Of a stretch of 64,000 nucleotides of DNA, positions 61,095 to 64,000 are shown in pieces (positions within the stretch are counted from its first letter, which is position 1; the number at the start of each line of letters is the position of its first letter). The notes beneath the pieces were generated by a model that did not search any database, had not been told where the DNA came from, and worked only from the letters and a program-made list of their open reading frames with translations. Position numbers and translations under genes: made by a program. This DNA comes from Myxococcota bacterium (GTDB lineage: Bacteria; Myxococcota_A; UBA9042; PHBI01; JAWLBL01), in assembly GCA_041687695.1 (NCBI GenBank), contig JAWLBL010000008.1, forward strand, positions 64,001 through 128,000, given 5' to 3'.

Positions 61095-61167
61095 CGATTC
61101 CGGTCTGCGGGTGCTGACAGGCGGCGCGGCCGTTTGTTAGCTTCCGCCGCCTGGAGGTCGTCACATC

Positions 61168-62544
61168 ATGATGAAAGGCGCCGTCGCCAACGTGATCCAG
61201 GCGGTGGGCAATACGCCCATCGTCAAGCTGAACTCGGTCTCCGCCCATGTGAAGGCGGACGTCTACGTCAAGCTCGAGTACCTGAACCCGGGCGGCAGCG
61301 TGAAGGATCGCCCGGCGATCAAGATCATCGAGGACGCCGAGCGGGACGGGCGCCTCAAGCCGGGCGGCACCATCGTCGAGGCGACCAGCGGCAACACGGG
61401 CATGGGCCTGGCCATGGTCGCCGCGGTGCGGGGCTACAAGACGATCTTCGTCATGCCCGACAAGATGAGCGAGGAGAAGATCGCCGCGCTGCGCGCCTTC
61501 GGGGCCCGCGTCGTGGTCACGCCGACCAACGTGGCGCCCGACGACCCGCGCAGCTACTACGTGGTCGCGCGGCGCCTCGCGGACGAGACGCCCGGCGCCA
61601 TCCTGGCCAACCAGTACCACAACCAGTCGAACCCGCGGGCGCACGAGCTGTCGACCGGGCCCGAGATCTGGGAGCAGACGGGCGGCGAGATCGACGTGCT
61701 GGTCGTGCCGATGGGCACCGGCGGCACCATCACGGGCACCGGCCGCTACCTCAAGGCGCAGAAGCCGTCCATCAAGGTGGTCGGCGTCGACCCCGTCGGC
61801 AGCGTCTACTACGACTACTTCCGGACCGGGCGCATGACGCGCGCGCACTCCTACCGGGTCGAGGGCTTCGGAGAGGACTTCCTGCCCTCGACGATGGACT
61901 TCGAGGTGGTCGACGACGTCATCCGCGTGTCGGACAAGGACTGCTTCCAGTGGACGCGGCGCCTGGTCCGCGAGGAGGGCCTCTACACGGGCGGCTCGGC
62001 CGGCGGCACGGTGGCGGCGGCGGTGCGGTACGCCGAGCGCACGGGCAAGGCCGAGAACATCATGTGCATCCTGCCCGACAGCGCGGCCCGCTACCTGTCC
62101 AAGATCTTCAACGACACCTGGATGCGAGAGGGCGGCTACCTCGACCCGGACATCGGCGAGGAGACGGTGGCCGATCTGCTCGGCCGGCAGCAGGGCAAGC
62201 TGGTGCAGGCGCGGCCGGGCGACACCTTCGAGTCGGTCATCGCGCGCATGAAGGAGCACGGCATCAGCCAGCTGCCCGTCATCGCCGACGGCAAGATGGT
62301 CGGGCTCATCGGCGAGGTGGATCTCCTCAAGGCGCTGCTCGAAAAGCGCGCCCAGAGCACGACCACGATCGACGACTACCTCGACAACAACTTCGCGCTG
62401 GTCGAGGCCCACAACCGCACCGGGCTGCTCAGCCAGCTCTTCGCCCAGGGCAAGGTGGTGGTGGTCGAGGACGGCGGGCGGGTCGTCGGCATCCTGACCA
62501 ACATCGACTTCATCGACTGGATCTCCAGCCGCCTCGTGCGATGA
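61168..62544 (+). CDS. Cystathionine beta-synthase (PLP fold II plus C-terminal CBS pair)
   Basis: KLEYLNPGGSVKDR, EATSGNTG, GTGGT, EGFG and LPDS..RYLSK motifs; CBS pair (ISQLPV). Confidence 0.88.
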   Translation: MMKGAVANVIQAVGNTPIVKLNSVSAHVKADVYVKLEYLNPGGSVKDRPAIKIIEDAERDGRLKPGGTIVEATSGNTGMGLAMVAAVRGYKTIFVMPDKMSEEKIAALRAFGARVVVTPTNVAPDDPRSYYVVARRLADETPGAILANQYHNQSNPRAHELSTGPEIWEQTGGEIDVLVVPMGTGGTITGTGRYLKAQKPSIKVVGVDPVGSVYYDYFRTGRMTRAHSYRVEGFGEDFLPSTMDFEVVDDVIRVSDKDCFQWTRRLVREEGLYTGGSAGGTVAAAVRYAERTGKAENIMCILPDSAARYLSKIFNDTWMREGGYLDPDIGEETVADLLGRQQGKLVQARPGDTFESVIARMKEHGISQLPVIADGKMVGLIGEVDLLKALLEKRAQSTTTIDDYLDNNFALVEAHNRTGLLSQLFAQGKVVVVEDGGRVVGILTNIDFIDWISSRLVR

Positions 62545-63407
62545 GCGCGCCGGTGGGGACGAGCGGCTCGGGAGGCGGTGACGCGACGCAGCGGCGCCGC
62601 CTCTTCGTGCTGTCCGACTCGACGGCCGAGACGGCGGACCGCGTCCTGCGGGCGGCGCTCATCCAGTTCCAGGGCGTCGAGGCCGACGTGCGCATCTTCA
62701 GCATGGTGCGCCGCGACGAGGACCTCGACGCCATCGTGCGCGCGGCGGCCGCCGAGGACGCGCTGGTCGTCTACACGCTGGTCAACCCCGACCAGCGCCA
62801 ACGCATCGCCGAGCAGGCCCTCGAGCACGGCGTCGCGACGGTGGACATCATCGGCCAGCTGATGACCCGCCTGACCTCGTTCTTCGGCGAGGCGCCCGTA
62901 GGCCGCCCCGGGCACGGGCGGCTGACCGACGAGTACTTCCGCCGCATCGAGGCGGTCGAGTTCTCGGTGCAGCACGACGACGGCAAGGGCCCCTCGGGCC
63001 TGCGCGAGGCGGACATCGTGCTGGTCGGGCTGTCGCGCACCAGCAAGACCCCGCTGTCGACCTATCTCGCGCAAAAGGGCTGGAAGGTCGCCAACGTGCC
63101 CGTGGTGCTGGGGCTGCCGCTGCCGCGCGACCTCGACACCATCCAGCAGACGCGCATCTACGGCCTGACCATCGACGTCGCCAGCCTGATGCGCATCCGG
63201 CGCGCGCGCCTCAAGGCCCTGAACATGCCGGTCGACACCGACTACGCGCGGCGCGACCACATCCTGCGCGAGCTCGAGTACGCGCGCAGCATCTTCGAGG
63301 CCCACCCGGTGTGGCCGGTCATCGACGTGTCGCAGAAGGCCATCGAGGAGACCGCGTCCATCGTCCTGCGGCTGATGGAGGAGCGACGGCGTCAAGGGCT
63401 CGTTTGA
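62541..63407 (+). CDS. PEP synthase/pyruvate phosphate dikinase regulatory kinase-phosphorylase (DUF299)
   Basis: LSDSTAET, YFRRIEAVEF, HDDG, GLSRTSKTPLS.YLA and KAIEETA motifs. Confidence 0.9.
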   Translation: MSAPVGTSGSGGGDATQRRRLFVLSDSTAETADRVLRAALIQFQGVEADVRIFSMVRRDEDLDAIVRAAAAEDALVVYTLVNPDQRQRIAEQALEHGVATVDIIGQLMTRLTSFFGEAPVGRPGHGRLTDEYFRRIEAVEFSVQHDDGKGPSGLREADIVLVGLSRTSKTPLSTYLAQKGWKVANVPVVLGLPLPRDLDTIQQTRIYGLTIDVASLMRIRRARLKALNMPVDTDYARRDHILRELEYARSIFEAHPVWPVIDVSQKAIEETASIVLRLMEERRRQGLV

Positions 63408-63479
63408 TTCCGGGGCCTTCGCGCGTGCAGCATGCGTGCGGTGCGAGACGGCGCACGCAGGACGGCGTCGCGACATGGA

Positions 63480-63507
63480 TTGACACGACCCGCGCGCCGC
63501 CTACACT
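63480..63507 (+). promoter_or_regulatory. Putative sigma70 promoter
   Basis: TTGACA-N16-TACACT about 200 nt upstream of the lipoprotein gene. Confidence 0.55.
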
Positions 63508-63703
63508 AGCGAGCCGACGGTCCGGGCCAATCTCACGGCTGGGGCCGCCGCCGGACGCCTCGCTCCGGCCCTGCACACACCCAACGCATTGAAATGATTG
63601 ATGCCGCTTCTGTTGCAAGCGGCCGCGAGGTTCGGCTCCCAGCGACGACCCCCGTCGCGAGGACCCGTGACCTCTCATCCCGACTCCCCTGGAGGCATCT
63701 GGC

Positions 63704-64000
63704 ATGCGCAAGTTGTTCAAGCACCTGCTCGTCGTTGGCGTCCTCGCGGTCCCGCTCGCGGCCTGCGAGCTCGAAGGCGGCGAGGTCGACGACGACACCT
63801 TCACCGACACCCAGGACGACCAGGGCAACAACACCGACGAGGTCGAGGACGACACCACCGGTCCGACCGGCCCGACCGCGGTCTACCTCGAGGACCTGGT
63901 GTGGGACGGCAAGTGCCGCTCGTCCTCCAACTCGAACGGCCCCGACATCGACGCGGTCGAGCTGCAGCTGGCCGACCTCCAGAGCTCGGTCTACCTCGAC
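63704..64000 (+). CDS. Acidic lipoprotein, 3' truncated by window edge
   Basis: GGAGG RBS; MRKLFKHLLVVGVLAVPLAAC lipobox; D/T-rich linker; GPDIDAV motif. Absent from the ORF track because it has no stop in the window. Confidence 0.75.
   Translation, partial: MRKLFKHLLVVGVLAVPLAACELEGGEVDDDTFTDTQDDQGNNTDEVEDDTTGPTGPTAVYLEDLVWDGKCRSSSNSNGPDIDAVELQLADLQSSVYLD

Noticed and set aside
61168..62544. Cysteate synthase partner for a sulfonolipid pathway with the SPT-like gene
   Set aside because: The C-terminal CBS pair and motifs fit ordinary cystathionine beta-synthase, and it lies 32 kb from the lipid locus.

Overview
High-GC bacterial chromosomal window. Gene content (giant AgmK/GltI-like TPR protein, sigma54-driven type IV pilin, OmpA with TSP3-like repeats, FAAL, Cys-rich lipoproteins) points to Myxococcota; this assignment is inference. 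About 48 CDSs are densely packed, mostly housekeeping, envelope and lipid genes. I saw no tRNA/rRNA, CRISPR array, transposase or prophage. Main blocks: (1) a minus-strand run TetR-patatin-LD-carboxypeptidase-serine hydrolase-3606 aa TPR-rsmI-DEDDh exonuclease-lipoprotein-5-oxoprolinase-YhhN-HD; (2) a FAAL / OmpA / ACP / serine palmitoyltransferase-like lipid locus; (3) a stand-alone pilin with sigma54 promoter, slyD-like PPIase, GT-C, Rrf2; (4) a run small acidic protein-DUF1844-HtrA-ClpB-alpha/beta hydrolase-GNAT-amidase; (5) a complete MoxR/Bat operon with unusual domain additions; (6) nadE-OMP-GT2-asnB-like-ROK-CBS-PSRP. Most notable: a FAAL+ACP+SPT-like (sphingolipid/aminolipid) locus, a BatC-like lipoprotein carrying three Cys-bounded PPC-like repeats plus an RDD fusion in the same operon, rsmI with no canonical start codon before its conserved N-terminus (candidate ATA start overlapping the upstream stop), a degenerate PHP-fold protein with an RGG tail, a ClpB pore-loop Tyr-to-Leu substitution and a modular intergenic minisatellite. 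All family calls come from motif recognition by eye, not from database searches.
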